Positions 12,595 through 26,909 of a DNA stretch of 64,000 nucleotides are shown one piece after another (the first letter of the stretch is position 1; each line of letters starts with the position of its first letter). A model generated the notes under the pieces. It was not told where the DNA came from, made no database searches, and saw nothing but the letters and a program-made list of their open reading frames with translations. This DNA comes from Octopus sinensis (taxonomy: Eukaryota). Where the stretch lies: assembly GCF_006345805.1 (NCBI RefSeq), contig NC_043009.1:62434001-62498000 (forward strand), written 5' to 3'. The position numbers were made by a program, and so were the translations under genes.

Positions 12595-13765
12595 ATACAT
12601 GTGCGATGTGTGTGTATAAACGGGGTTTTGTATCTACCAACAGCCATACCTCAACCACTTTAAAAGAAGCCTTTACTCCACACCGCTGTTATCTCCCCTT
12701 TCTACCTCTCCCGTCATTGCTAGACACCGACTTCAACCTATCGTCTGCACTGTTCAATCATTCTAATGACAACTACACCACTCTAAAGTCTTTCATTGCC
12801 GCCACTTCTAACGAATGAGCCATGCCCTCTTATCTTGACATAAGCCATCAGTCTCACTTGAACCCTACATCTGTCCACTCTCCACTCGACTATCAACTCA
12901 GGCTTTATAGTTGAACCCATATCGTCTTTCTCACCGCCAAAAACTTTAAGACCTTTCATCAGTTAGAAGGAGGGGGTGGAGGGATGCAGCGTTTGTTGTT
13001 GTTGTTCTGGTTATAGTAGTAGAAGTAGTAGTAGTAGTAGCAGTAGTAGTAGTAGTAGTAGTAGTAGCAGCAGTCGTTGCTGTTGTTGTTGTTGTTGTTG
13101 TTGTTGTTGTACAGAGGAAGAAAGAGTGAGTTAGAGAGAGACGAAGTAGAAGAGAAAAACGATCAGGAATGAATACGATCTCTCAGAATAGCCTTTTATT
13201 CTTTTATTCCTTTACTGGTTTTATTCCTTTATTGCGGCTATTCTAGGCACAGCCTTCGAGGGTTTTCAGACGATCAAATCTTACTTCAGCATAAGTATGT
13301 GTCCTGTGCTACACATATACACACACAACTGAAAAATGCATACACACAAAATAATATTTAATTGATACACGTACAGATATATATACAAAACACAAAAGGG
13401 AGCTTGATCTGCTATAAATAGCTATCAAATCTCCCTCCTACCTACTTATAAAAAAACTGCATAGTATAACTATAGATGCACTATGATTGAAAAAAAATGC
13501 GAGATGGCTTTCGATGGGGGAGGGATAATATGCAGTTAAAAGTCAAAATATTTCATTTGCTATTAATAATTTCCCAAGTTTTATATAAATATTTACAATA
13601 ATTGTATTTATCGAACCAGTCTGGATGTTGTGGTATATTTGTTCGCCAAGCTACAGACTATACTAATCTAAAAATAGCATATTTGATGATGATCAGATAT
13701 CGAACTGATCGAAATAAAATATAGATATAACTGTTGTATATAAACACTCTAAATTTTAATCTTGA

Positions 13766-13978
13766 TTTCAAATTTTGGCACAAGACCAGCAATTTCAGAG
13801 ATGGAGGTAAATCGATTACATCGATCCCAGTATTTCACTAGTACTTATTTTATCGACCCTGAAAGAATGAAAGGGAAAGCTGAGCTCGGCGGCATTTGAA
13901 TTCAGAACGTAAAATCGGAAGAAATGACGCTTAGCATTTTTTCCGGTACGGTAACGATTCTGCCAGCTTTCCGCCTTA
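13766..13978 (-). mobile_element. SINE-B
   Basis: Same core and head as the other B copies. Confidence 0.8.
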
Positions 13979-15115
13979 CCTTAAATTGTAACATTGAATT
14001 CGAAAGGATCGAAACCCAGGACAACTTTTTAAACTTGGTGTTCATTCTGTCGGTCTCTTATACCAAACCACTAACTGATGGTCAAGCAGTGGTGGCAGAC
14101 AAACACACACGCACATATTATACATACACAGTAGCAATGCACCCCGGCGTTGCCTTGGTGTTATGACCTACAGCCACATTGTACTATTTGATCCTTTCTT
14201 ATGGGCAGAATCGGCACACGAGGAGTATGAAGCAAACAATTCTTCTTTATAAACATGTTTTACGGCCATTTTCTTCTGAACAATGCTGCAGTTTCCGTCT
14301 ACCAAATTCAGTCACAAGTCTGTGGTTGGCCTAGGGCTATAGTAGAAAACACTTGCCCTAGGTACCATGCAGAGGGACTGAACGTGGAACCATGTAGTTG
14401 GGAAGTAGGCTTCTCAACCACACAGTCATTCTTGTACTTAATACGTGTGTATGTGTTTGAGTGTGTGTGTATTTACATTTGTTGTTAAATCGAGTATTGT
14501 GTCCCACTATGTCTCAAAGTTAGCAGTTCATCAAACAGAGATCTATAAAATAAAAGCCAGATTGAAATATGGACTGAGGTCAGTATGATCAATTAAACTT
14601 TTGAAGGTGATACCTCATCATGGTGACAGTCGAAAGACTAAAACCCAATGGAATAATGTTTAAAGACTTAATGGTTTCAAATTTAAGGTAATAGATTACT
14701 AACCACAAGGTAATGAGTTCAAAACTTTGAATTGAACTTCCACTTTATACGATAACACTATATGTACATCTCAGTCTACTTGACTTACAACAGTTAACAA
14801 TTGTAATTTGAAGATGAATGGTTAGCGGTAAGAAAGATGTCCAGATTTCTTTTAAAGGCCTCAAAATTGTACGACTTGACCTGGTTTCCGAGGTTATTTT
14901 TGTAGTAAAAAAGAGTTGTTGCGCAAAAGACATACTTTATTTGGTAGCCGAAAGACTATTGAATCTTTTGATATCTCATACGTCAAAATCAGCAACTCAG
15001 TTTTTTAATACATAAGAAACATACGTACACACACGCGCGTGCACACACACAAAACTCTGTTTTATTATACATGATACATATATATGAAGTTGTATACCTA
15101 CAACTTCACTTTGGA

Positions 15116-15161
<46 letters not shown>

Positions 15162-16397
15162 CATTCAGTTTCCACCTACAAACCCCCCTACAAGGCTTTG
15201 GTTGGCCCAGGCCTTCTGTAGAAAAGAGGGCTTCTATAGAAGACATTTGCCCAGTGCCATGCAGTGTGGCTGGAAAGCAAATTTCTTACTCCATAGACAC
15301 ACTTGTGAGTGTCTCAGGCTTATCCTCGCTCTCTCCCTTCCCCTCTCCCCCTCTCTCTCTTTCTCTGTACGTGTATGTTTGTGTGTGTGAGGCATGTTTA
15401 TGTTATGTTTTATGTTTAGATGTATCTGGTATTCTTTGGTGTTGGTGGTGGATTTTGCAGATGCTACTTGTAGTTCGAAGCCAAGTTTCAAGTTATTTCA
15501 TGTATTGTTGGAGTAATAAGAGTAAAAAGATGTGATTGTGATGTTATCTGCACATGCGAGTGTGTGTGCATGGTTCGGGAAGCTGTCCGAATGTCGTATA
15601 GCTTATAAGTTTTAAAAGAAGGGGTAAAAGAACGATCCTTAGTGGTGCTCCAATGATACATTTCACATTTTCAGATGTCTTCTTACTGTACTAAACAAAA
15701 TGTTTAGCGACCACAGAAGCAGTTGGTTAAAAACTAGTGATGGATGTTGTGGAAACCCCAGTAAAGCAGCCGCTCATTTCTGATATATGAGGTGGATAGG
15801 TTTTGTTGATGTATGTATGATGTAGGCAAGGTGGTGATCGAGGGCAGTGGGGGAAGGGTGGTTATGTGAACCTCTACCTACTACCTACCCTGGCATCTCT
15901 TTCTATATATCTCAGAAACCATCCTTCAACTTCGTTGGGGTCAACCAGAGCGAGGTCGGTGTATAATAGTGTCCCCTACACCTCACATTGTCGGGACTGC
16001 TGGGTTCGGCGCTATCGTATTCCGTGTGTGTTTGTTGTGTTCTGTGAATACGTGTATGTATACATATATATATATATAGTTGTATATATATATATATAAT
16101 AGTCAATTTAGGTAGCAAAAAAATTCAATAGAAATTATCGCTTACCAGCGGATGGGTGGCAAAGAGAAAATAGTCATCGAATAAATATATAAAATATAAC
16201 AATGTAGGAGTGACATAACAGGTCACTCGTCCACCAGAAAGAGCAGCCATAATATACCGCAAGTAGTAGTAATAGAAATCAGGTGAAAATTAAAAACCAT
16301 TTACCAAATTCATCTTTAGACGTTGAACGGTCGTGTCATTAATGATTAATTAGTTAATTAAATTAATTATATTATATATATATATATAGATATATAT

Positions 16398-16398
<1 letters not shown>

Positions 16399-16428
<30 letters not shown>

Positions 16429-16496
16429 CGAAAGCTTTCTACGTGAACCTTCACATACATATATGTGTGTGGTGTATGCAATTATACATATACATA

Positions 16497-16558
<62 letters not shown>

Positions 16559-16625
16559 TATGTATATATGTATACACACAACATATATGTAGTAGTGGAA
16601 GGGTTCACGTAGAAAGCTTTCCGTT

Positions 16626-16644
<19 letters not shown>
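16399..16644. repeat. Microsatellite-centred palindrome
   Basis: (GA)n-gaaagctttctacgtgaacc..(TA)n..ggttcacgtagaaagctttc-(TC)n. Confidence 0.85.
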
Positions 16645-16681
<37 letters not shown>

Positions 16682-17284
16682 CACACATACATACATACTC
16701 ATGCATTTATATAAAGATTATATACATACCCACACATATAAACGTATCCCTGTGAATGTATGTGTATGTATATCTCTACGCCTCCCTTTACTTCCTCTCA
16801 CCACTTGTTTTTGCCTTCTTGTTCTCTTTTTCTCCATCACGCCTCTGTCTCACTCCCTTTCACTCTCACCCACTCTCTCTCTCATGCTCTCACTCTCTCT
16901 CATTCTCCATCTCTTTCTCTCTAGCTTCTATAATTACGTACACATATATATATATACACACTTTCACTCAAAAACCAGTTGATCTGCCTTAAATTGAAAT
17001 ATGTGCGCAATTGTGTGTAAACGTTAATGTATGTATGTGCATATGTGTCTAAGAGTGAGTGTGCGGTTTGTAAGTCTTGTCAAAACAGGAATCTAAGCGA
17101 CCGAAATGTTTTCAGTCGGATTCCTTGTCTTTTACAAACGACATATTAAACATCCAAATCTAGCCTCCAGAGTTCTTTATTCTAAGTGGTCCATCTATGT
17201 TCCTACAAGCAGGTGACTCTGGGATTTTCCATCTGTCTTCCTCTCTCTCTCTCTCTCTCTCTCTTTCTCGGTATATATATGTAT

Positions 17285-17344
<60 letters not shown>

Positions 17345-17394
17345 GATATATATTATTTATATTATATTATATTATATTATATTATATTATATTA

Positions 17395-17430
<36 letters not shown>

Positions 17431-17440
17431 GTATGTATAC

Positions 17441-17599
17441 AGGTGCAGAAGTGGCTCTGAGGTAATAAGCTTGCTTCTCAACCACATAGTTCCAGGTTCA
17501 GTCCCACTACGTGGTACCTTGGGCTGGTGTCTTCTACTACTCGGCCGACCAAAGCTTTGTGAGTGGATTTTGCTTAGCGGAAACTGAAAGAAGTCTGTC

Positions 17600-17632
<33 letters not shown>

Positions 17633-17832
17633 CGTGTGTGTCTGTGTCTGTGTTTGTTCTCCCACCATCGATTGACAACTAATGTTGGTGTGTTTACGTC
17701 CCCGTAATCTAGCGGTTCCGCAAAAGAAACCGATAGAATAAGTACCAGGTTTACAAAGAATAAGTCTTGGGGTCGATTTGTTCCACTAAATGCGGTGCTG
17801 GCCGCAGTCAAATGACTGAAACAAGTAAAAGA
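17441..17832 (+). mobile_element. SINE-C
   Basis: Head with A/B boxes, ccttggg..gtgtctt segment, internal TA/TG tract and tail ..gcagtcaaatgactgaaacaagtaaaaga. Confidence 0.88.
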
Positions 17833-17864
17833 ATGTGTGTGTGTGTGTGTGGTTCAAATTTACA

Positions 17865-17942
17865 GAAAACAACAAGCAGGTGTACTAGTTTAACGCTCGA
17901 GAGGAATGGGAAAGCCTTTTACGTTTCAAGCCTACGCTCTTT
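17865..17942 (-). mobile_element. Truncated copy of the 20911 repeat family
   Basis: The minus strand reads aagagcgtaggcttgaaacgtaaaaggctttcccattcc and is cut off at the ribozyme core by a (TA)n tract. Confidence 0.6.
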
Positions 17943-18839
17943 ATATATATATAATCATTTAAAAGATAGCTGTACAGAAGTGCGTATAAAAAATTACATA
18001 AATACTCCTCTCTGCAGGTTTTTATCTACCTCTCCAGGATGAACCACCATGAAGGATATGATTATGAGTATAGCTCCACAATTAACCATCTCAGACACTA
18101 GACTATGACCTATCAGTATATACGTCTATCTATAAAAAAATTACTATGAACTCTCGCTTTCCTGATTTTCCTGTTTTTCTGCTCAATTTATACATATTTA
18201 TATTCACTTCTGTATAGCTATTTTCTAAGTGATTTGATGCCGTTAACAATTGCCAGTTCCTGTTTTATTGTATTATATATACTTTGATTAACTCAGCCGA
18301 TACATTGCCTATAGTCAGCTCTTATTTGCCGGGGCTCCTCTGTCTCCTTTCGTTTGACGTTAGATTTTAGGCGTCTGGTCTGGTCTGAGCATTCATTCTT
18401 TGTATCAATTATATGCCTTTTTACTCGATTTTGTTTATTTTTTTTACGTATTCTTAACCATTATATCCATTACACACATATGCATACACACAAACACACA
18501 CATACACACACACACACACGTGCGCGCGCGTGTATGCGTACGCATATATATATATGCATAGATATATGCAAGAATGCGCTTGCGTGTATGTGTAGATTAT
18601 ACATACATACATATACATGCACATACATATATGTGTGAGTGTGCTTGCATGTATATCTGGATCTATATATATATGTGCGTGTGTGTGTGTATATATATAT
18701 ATATATAATATATATATACACACACATACACACACACTCACACACATTATACATACATACAGTTTAATTGATATGAACTTGTGAACTTAACTTCCGGTCA
18801 TAAAATCTGTGATGTTTATTCCTTATTATTTGACTGTAG

Positions 18840-19602
18840 GGTTCGGCGTAGTGGGGAAGTGGGTGGTGTGGTATGGGTTGGTAATAAAGTGGAATGGTGA
18901 CGGGTGTGTGTGTAGGGGTAGTTGGAAATGGCGTGGGTTAAGTACTAAGAGGGTTAGGTTTAAAGTATGAGGAGGGGCCGGGAAAATAGTGGGACTGGTT
19001 TAAGGAGAACATCGGAAGTGATGGTGGTGGTGTCGATGTAGATGGTGGCGGCGCGCATGTTGCGGTGGGAGGTAAGAAGGTAGTGTGGGAATATGGCTGG
19101 GGGTGAAGGGGTGGCGGTGGTTGTTAGTGATGGGGGTGGCGGTGATTGTTAGGGGTGGCGGTGGTGATAGGTGAGGAGGTGGTTGGCTAAGTGTGAGTGG
19201 GGTGGGATGAAATAATAAATTGATGGGAGGAGTGGCGGGGGAGTGAGATGTAGTTAAGTAGGGGTGGGGGGTTGGTGTTGTGGGAGGGAAATGGGGTGGA
19301 GGTAGGCAATTTTTGGGGTAGCTGTACGCAGGTAGGGGAGGTGGAGAGGACAAGAACTACGAATGTTGGTGCTGGTGTTGTTGGTGGTATATCAAGAGGT
19401 ATTGGTAGTGGTAGCTGTGGTGGTGATTGATTGATGTTGGTTATGGTGATGGCATTGGTCTTGTGGTGGTGGTAGTAATGTATTTCTAGTAGTAGTAGCA
19501 GCAGCAAGTAGTAAGTTGTTAGCAGTAGTAGTAGTAGGAGGAGGAGGAGGAGGAGGGGTTAGTAGTAAGTAGCAGCAATAGTAGCAGCAGCAAGTTGTTA
19601 GT

Positions 19603-19640
<38 letters not shown>

Positions 19641-19738
19641 TAGTAATAAGTTTAGTGGTAGCGTCTTGGTAGTGGTTTTTGTGATAATGTTTTTCTAGTA
19701 GTAGTAGCAGCAAACAGTAGCAGCAGCAAGTAGTAAGT

Positions 19739-19775
<37 letters not shown>

Positions 19776-20150
19776 TGGAAGAGGAGGAGGAGGTTGTGAT
19801 GGTGGTGGTGGTTAGTGTTGTAATAGTGGTAGATGTAGTAGTAGTAGTTAGTAACTAAGTTTAGTCGTAGCGTCTTGGTAGTGGTTTTTGTGGTGGTGTC
19901 AGTGATGATGTCTGTAGCAATAAATATACTGATTCTGGCGTTATAGCAGCTGTGGTGGTAGTGTTATAGTGGTAGCGTTAATGTTGTTGTTGTAGTGGTG
20001 GTGGTGGTAGTGGTGATGGTGGTGGTGCTGCTGCTGGGAGGTGGTAGCGGTCTTAGTGCCGTAGTGGTAGTATTGGTGATAGTATTACAGGTGGTGTAGA
20101 TGTAGCATGTGTTGTAGTAGTGGTGCTAGGGTTCTAGTAGTAGCCACATT
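18840..20150. repeat. Degenerate (GGT)n/(GTA)n/(GCA)n low-complexity tract
   Basis: Direct reading. Confidence 0.9.
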
Positions 20151-20827
20151 GAGCATGGAAACTATGGCCGCCACTGCCCAGAGTTCTAATTTCAAAGTAG
20201 AAAAAATTAGTACCAGTAATATAATGCGGCAGGTTTAACGTCTTTTAGACAAAAAAAAAAACTAAGATAATGAGCGAAATGTTTTTATTCGATTGGTTGA
20301 AGGGTTTTTTCCCTCCCATAATATTGATTGAAACTAATTTAATAATTTTATTGATCTTCCCTTACTCGCTTTTAGCGAAGTTAATAAGCCACCATTTTGG
20401 CTTGTTAAGAAATTTATTTTGTGCTCTTTTAATGGTTAACGAGTTTATCGACGCTCTACTTAACTCTTTAGTCTATTTTTGAGGTTGGACGTCAGAGGTA
20501 GAACTTTCGCTTCTTTGTTGAAATACTGTATGCTAGCGTTCTTTTATATTTATGTATCTATTAATGTATGTGTGAAGGCGCGTGGCCCTGAAAGAATGAA
20601 AGTCGACCTTCGCGAAATTTGAACTCAGAACAATAAAGACACATGAAATGTCACCTAACATTTTGTCTGGCGCGCTAACGATTCTGCCAGCTCGCCTCAA
20701 TAATAAAGGGAACTATTATCTTGATTAAATATATCAGTTAAAACCAAAATTTCTTCCCCATTTTGAACTGTAATCGGACTTTCTTTCCAACCTACAGTTT
20801 TTTGCTAACATATACACACATACACAG

Positions 20828-20890
<63 letters not shown>

Positions 20891-20910
20891 ACACACATAT
20901 ATATATATAT

Positions 20911-21048
20911 TTCTCTATGTCCCTTTCTGTAGAAGAGCGTAGGCTCGAAACGTAAAAGACTTTCTCTATTCCTGAGCGTTATACTAATACATCTGTCTGT
21001 TTTGTACACCACCTGTCTTCGTCTTTTGTTTTTATTCGTGAACTCTCC
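20911..21048 (+). mobile_element. Penelope-like terminal repeat within microsatellite, with variant minimal hammerhead (20923-20958)
   Basis: CTTT-CTGTAGA-A-GAGC gtag GCTC-GAAA-CG-TA-AAAG, flanked by (TA)n/(CA)n. A related fragment lies at 17865-17942. Confidence 0.6.
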
Positions 21049-21246
21049 TATATATATATATGTGTGTGTGTGTGTGTTTAATAAACTTTTAGAACGAAAC
21101 ATTACGGCCGATTGTCAAAAATTGTTTCCTAAATGTTTATTTTTGGTGAGTAAACCGCTGTGAGTTCATTATTTGAAAGTGGTTGTTATCGTTGTTAGCT
21201 AGTAACTAGACCTTCAAATAAATCTATGTGTATTATGCATCTTGTA

Positions 21247-21303
<57 letters not shown>

Positions 21304-21979
21304 TATATATATAGATATATATTGTAAAATAAGTTTGCCTACATAGGAACTCGTCGCGGGAATAGTTACCCCCTGTGGTGGAAGTACAGCTGTCTCCCCA
21401 CAGATTTACTGCGATTTAAACAGTGAAGCCTATTTATACAGCGAAGCTAAATATATGTTTATTAAACATAACGCATGTTTCACTTCCATTCTATCCAAAC
21501 ACTGACTGTCTGGCTGTCCGACTGTTCGTTTGTCTGGAGGTCTGCGCCAGTACTTCGGCTTCTGTGTGTGTATAAGTGTGCATGCCTATCTATGTGCACG
21601 TATAAATAAATGAATACATATATATTTATATATTTATTTATACGAGAGCATACACACACACACACACACATACGCATACATACACATACACGAATGCATA
21701 CGCACACACATATACAGAGGGGGAGAGAGAAGGGTAAGAGGTAGGAAAATTGATTCAATATTCTTCTCTGCGTCGCTGTCTCTCTCTCTCTCCCTCTCAT
21801 TTGTTCAGATGAAGCGAACACTCCTGATGAGTATTTCGAAATGAGATGAAACTCTGTGGGTTAACGCCATGGTATATTTACACTAATGTGGTGGCATACA
21901 TACATCCATTCACACACACACACGCACATGTATATAAGATATATATACACATTATTTTATTATATATATATATATACAC

Positions 21980-22029
<50 letters not shown>

Positions 22030-22468
22030 CACATATATATATACTATAATATATACATATATATATATACATATATATACATATATATGTACATGCATAC
22101 ATACATATATATATATACATATATATATACATATATATATACGTATATATATATACACACACACACACACAAACACACATCCATACATAAGTATGTTATC
22201 TTCCATTTTTAATTCTGTGAAGTTTCCATATAAGGGGTTTCCATGTACGTATGTCACATTTTGAACGAGAAAAATTTTGCGCATTTTTACGTATGTATGT
22301 CTGTACGTACGTATGTATGTACGTACGTATGTATGTACGTGCGTATGTATGTATAATGGTAGGTATGTATGTATGTAGGTAGGTAGGTAGGTAGGTAGGT
22401 AGGTTATTCAAATGCTGCTGTTACTAATGCTTAAAATTACAAAACAAAAACAAAACGAAAACCAAGAT

Positions 22469-22516
<48 letters not shown>

Positions 22517-22684
22517 TATTCAGATGGAAAATAAATTGGGGAACGAATTCTGAAACCAATTATAAACATATTATGTGGTTATCTTAATGACTTAACTTTC
22601 TGATACTCAAGTCAAATCGCATCTACTTGTGTTGCACCAAGTAAATATCAAACCACTCTCGTTTTCCCTTCATCAATGAAAAAG

Positions 22685-23133
22685 GAAAACGGTAAGGCAC
22701 ATAGGACGAACTCGGCGTCTATCTTGTGTCTTTAATTTGTTTAGGTCATTGGACTGCGGCCATGCTGGGGTACCGACTTTAAGGGTTTAGCTGAATGAAT
22801 CAGAGCCGGTACTTTTTTTTATCTTTTTAAGCCTGGTACTTATTCTATCGGATTCCTTTTGCCAAACCGCTAGGTTACGGCGACGTAAACAAACCAGCAC
22901 CGGTTGTCAAGCGAAAACGGTATGGTACTATAGAACGAACTCGGCGTCTATCTTGTGTCTTTAATTTGCTTAGGTCATTGGACTGCGGCCATGCTGGGGT
23001 ACCGACTTTAAGGGTTTAGCTGAATGAATCAGACCCAGTACTTTTTTTTATTATTTTGTAAGCCTGGTACTTATTCTATCGTATTCCTTTTGCCAAACCG
23101 CTAGGTTACGGCGACATAAACAAACCAGCACCG
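22685..23133. repeat. 228-bp tandem duplication containing a SINE-C tail
   Basis: Units start at 22685 and 22913 and are highly similar. Confidence 0.9.
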
Positions 23134-23470
23134 ACACTTGTTGTTGTTTGTATTCGTAATTGTATACCATGTTCTCCGTGTGTTCGTTTCTTTCTTTCTT
23201 TGTTCTCTTTGTTGCCGTACACATTCGCTAGCTTTCATACAAAGGTGTCCAATGCTCTTAACTTAGAATTTGGGGTGGGGGGGAAACCAAATCGAACCAT
23301 CTCAAGTGTAACTGTCCGAAATGGTCGTGACTTCTGGTACTTGACTGAGGAAAGAAAGCCACAAATCACCCGTCTTTTTTTGCCTGTCCTTCTAATTGCT
23401 GTTTCTCTTGTACGCCTTTGTATCGTCTATCTGTCCGAATGTCTTATTGTCCTCTATCGCATTTTTGTAC

Positions 23471-23769
<299 letters not shown>

Positions 23770-24081
23770 TACACACGTACTTACACACATATATCACAAG
23801 ATGCAGATGAAAATGCATCTCGATGCCCATATCTAATTATGTGAAAAATGTTGCTATTTTGAATGTACAATATTCCGAGAATCCCGCGACAGAAATATAC
23901 TTTTAGAAAATAGATTGTGAAACGAATATTGGAGGACAATTATGAGCTCATTATATCCCGAAATGGATGCGTGGAGTTTCGGTGACACCAGTTAAATTGC
24001 ATTTCCCGCAAACCAGAATCAAATAATAGGGAGCACTCGTGCACCTTCATATCTGGAGAAAGTATGACAGAATAAACATGC

Positions 24082-24142
<61 letters not shown>

Positions 24143-24451
24143 ATATGTGTGTGTGTGTGTAGGTATGTATGTGTGTACAGAGCCACTCTTAATAACAAAG
24201 GCATATGGAAGTTGAAACTCATATTTAAAAGGAGTTTGGTGCCATTTTAAATTCCCTGCACTCATTCAAATCTCCCCCACTTCTTCACTCTCTTTCTCAA
24301 CCATATCTTCTTTCTCTTTTTCTTTCTCTCTCTCTCTCTTTCCTGTTTCTTTCTGTCACTCTGGTGACTACAACATTCCATCGACATACAATTTTTTTAT
24401 ATACCAGTTATAACACAAACGCACCACACTCACATTTATACATACATACAT

Positions 24452-24506
<55 letters not shown>

Positions 24507-24652
24507 TATATATAGAGAGAGGGGCAATTATGCGGATAAACAAATTAAATATAACGGGTTGGGTCTAAGTTCGAATCCTATGAACGCTACTAAGTGATTT
24601 CTATACCGAGAATTTCTGGATCTCATCTGTAGACTATGTGAATGCGCGCGCG

Positions 24653-24694
<42 letters not shown>

Positions 24695-25013
24695 TGTGTG
24701 TATCTTGTTAACATGCAATTCAATTTCGAGGGTAAAAAAAAAATGGAAGTAAATTACCCGGAAGTGACGACTGGCAAATCCGATAATTCCATTTCCTGCT
24801 AACAATCTATAGTGAATCGATAGGGACAACGCCATCGCTTCCGGGCGCTTCTTTCTCCACATCTCAAAAGTCAGTCAATATTATTTATTGAATTGCTCAT
24901 ATGTTATTGTTTTGGCTTTCATGCATTGACCTTCAAGCCACCAGATTGCCTTCTCAGTGGTGTTTGTTGCTGGATATAGTACTTTATAACGGTGTACCTC
25001 AGCTGCTATTTCT

Positions 25014-25225
25014 TATTTCTTTATTGCCCACAAGGGGCTAAACATAGAGGGGACAAACAAGGACAGACAAAGGGATTAAGTCGATTACATCGACCCCAGT
25101 GCGTAACTGGTACTTAATTTATTGACCCCGGAAGGATGAAATGCAAAGTCGACCTCAGCGGAATTTGAACTCAGAACGAAATACCGCTAAACATTTCGCC
25201 CGGTTTGCTAAGGTTCTGCCAGCTC
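25014..25225 (-). mobile_element. SINE-B with 18-bp TSD
   Basis: TSD acctcagctgctatttct at 24996-25013 and 25226-25243. Confidence 0.9.
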
Positions 25226-25861
25226 ACCTCAGCTGCTATTTCTGAAACGCTAAAAACATTACTAGAATGTTCTAAAAGAAAATTCAGGAGGATCAGATAA
25301 TTAGGATTTTATTCAACGTATTCCCTTCTCAGATTCACACACTTATTGCAGCGGTCCTTCAGTTTTTCTAAGCCCTGTAAAAGAACTCAGAAGGTTGGGC
25401 CTCCAACCAGGCCTTTCGCTATACCTTTAAAGCTAGGGAACTTTTCAACAGCCCCTCGTACAAGTCGGTGCCTGTGGACAAGACACACTGAGGCAAATCT
25501 GGAAATAAAATTAAACGATTTAACCAGTTCTTTTGATGTTTTCTTATGAAATAACGGGATGTCATTTTCGTCACTTCCGGTTAATACCCTTAAAATACAT
25601 ACATACATACATACATACATACATACATACGTACGTACGTACGTACGTACATACATACATACATACATACATACATACATACATACATACATACATACAT
25701 ACATGTATATATGTATATATTTTTTTTCCTATGTTGTAGATTTGATAATCATTAAGAAATTCCTCTTTTCATGAAACCATTGGTAGCCTTTTTGACTCAC
25801 AAATAAAGAATATTTATCCAACAAAGCGGTGCTGAGCACTCATCCTCACTGTTCGATATTA

Positions 25862-25928
<67 letters not shown>

Positions 25929-26349
25929 GTGTGTGTGTGTGTGTATGATGAAGTCCCAAGAGGAGGACTGACATCAAGGAAGCCGATAGATATAGAATTA
26001 CCCTGAATGTGTGGTTAGGACAAATGCCTTCGCCCTCCTGTAATCCTTTGGTTTATAGACCCATGCTGAGAATAGGCCCTTTTACTTAAGTTATTCTCTC
26101 CTCTCTTATCCACATTTCACCAAATTTACTGCAGGGCGGGGTAAAACATTTTTATCTCTTCCCATCTTCCACTCACCACTCAAATGGTACTTGAAGTTAA
26201 TGGGGGGAAACTGGCGTTCAATCTTAGTATGTATTCATTTCGTCACAGCCAACAATCAGAGAAAAGCTGCCCTGCCCTTCCCACACAAAGGAGGGAGCTG
26301 GAACGATTTTCATGACGGACCTATCAAAACCAGGAAGTAAGTCTTAAAA

Positions 26350-26909
26350 TAAAGGTTCTCAAACTTTTGGGCCACCGACCCCCTCATGGCCACATAGTAT
26401 CTTCTGCGCGCCCACACCTATTTTTATGTATAAATAAATATTTTATATTTTACTAAATCATATATACTATGAACCATTTGATATTTGATATATTATATAA
26501 TTTATATACAAATGATATTATAATAAATTTATAGCGTCCCCCAGTCCACTGTCTTCTTCCCAACGCTTCCTTTTTCTCTACCGCTCCCTTAGGCACCTGT
26601 TTCTTTACTACCCACAAGGGGCTAAACACAGAGGGGACAAACAAGGACAGACAAACGGATTAAGTCGATTACATCAACCTCAGTGCGCAACTGGTACTTA
26701 ATTTATCGAGCCCGAAAGGATGAAAGGCAAAGTCGACCTCGGCGGAATATGAACTCAGAACGTAACGGCTGACGAAATACCGCTTAGCATTTCGCCCGGC
26801 GTGCTAACGTTTCTGCCAGCTCGCCGCCTCCCTTAGGCACCAGGGCCCACCTAGACTGTCTGAACGCCCACCGGGGGGGGGGGGGTAGTGCCCACTTCGA
26901 GAACCTGTG
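26350..26909. mobile_element. hAT-like MITE interrupted by SINE-B
   Basis: Perfect 8-bp TSD TCTTAAAA (26342-26349 and 26910-26917), with termini ..GGTTCTCAAACTTT and ..TTCGAGAACC.. of the CAGTGGTTCTCAA type. Confidence 0.75.
26598..26827 (-). mobile_element. SINE-B with 14-bp TSD, nested in hAT MITE
   Basis: TSD ctcccttaggcacc at 26584-26597 and 26828-26841. Confidence 0.92.

Noticed and set aside
14790-14960. Possible CR1/L2 LINE C-terminal remnant (FEAFKRNLDIFL on minus strand)
   Set aside because: Only one short motif, too degraded to call.
21820-21850. CTGATGAG tattt CGAAA hammerhead-like core
   Set aside because: Stem II is only 1 bp, and there is no stem III, NUH triplet or stem I partner.
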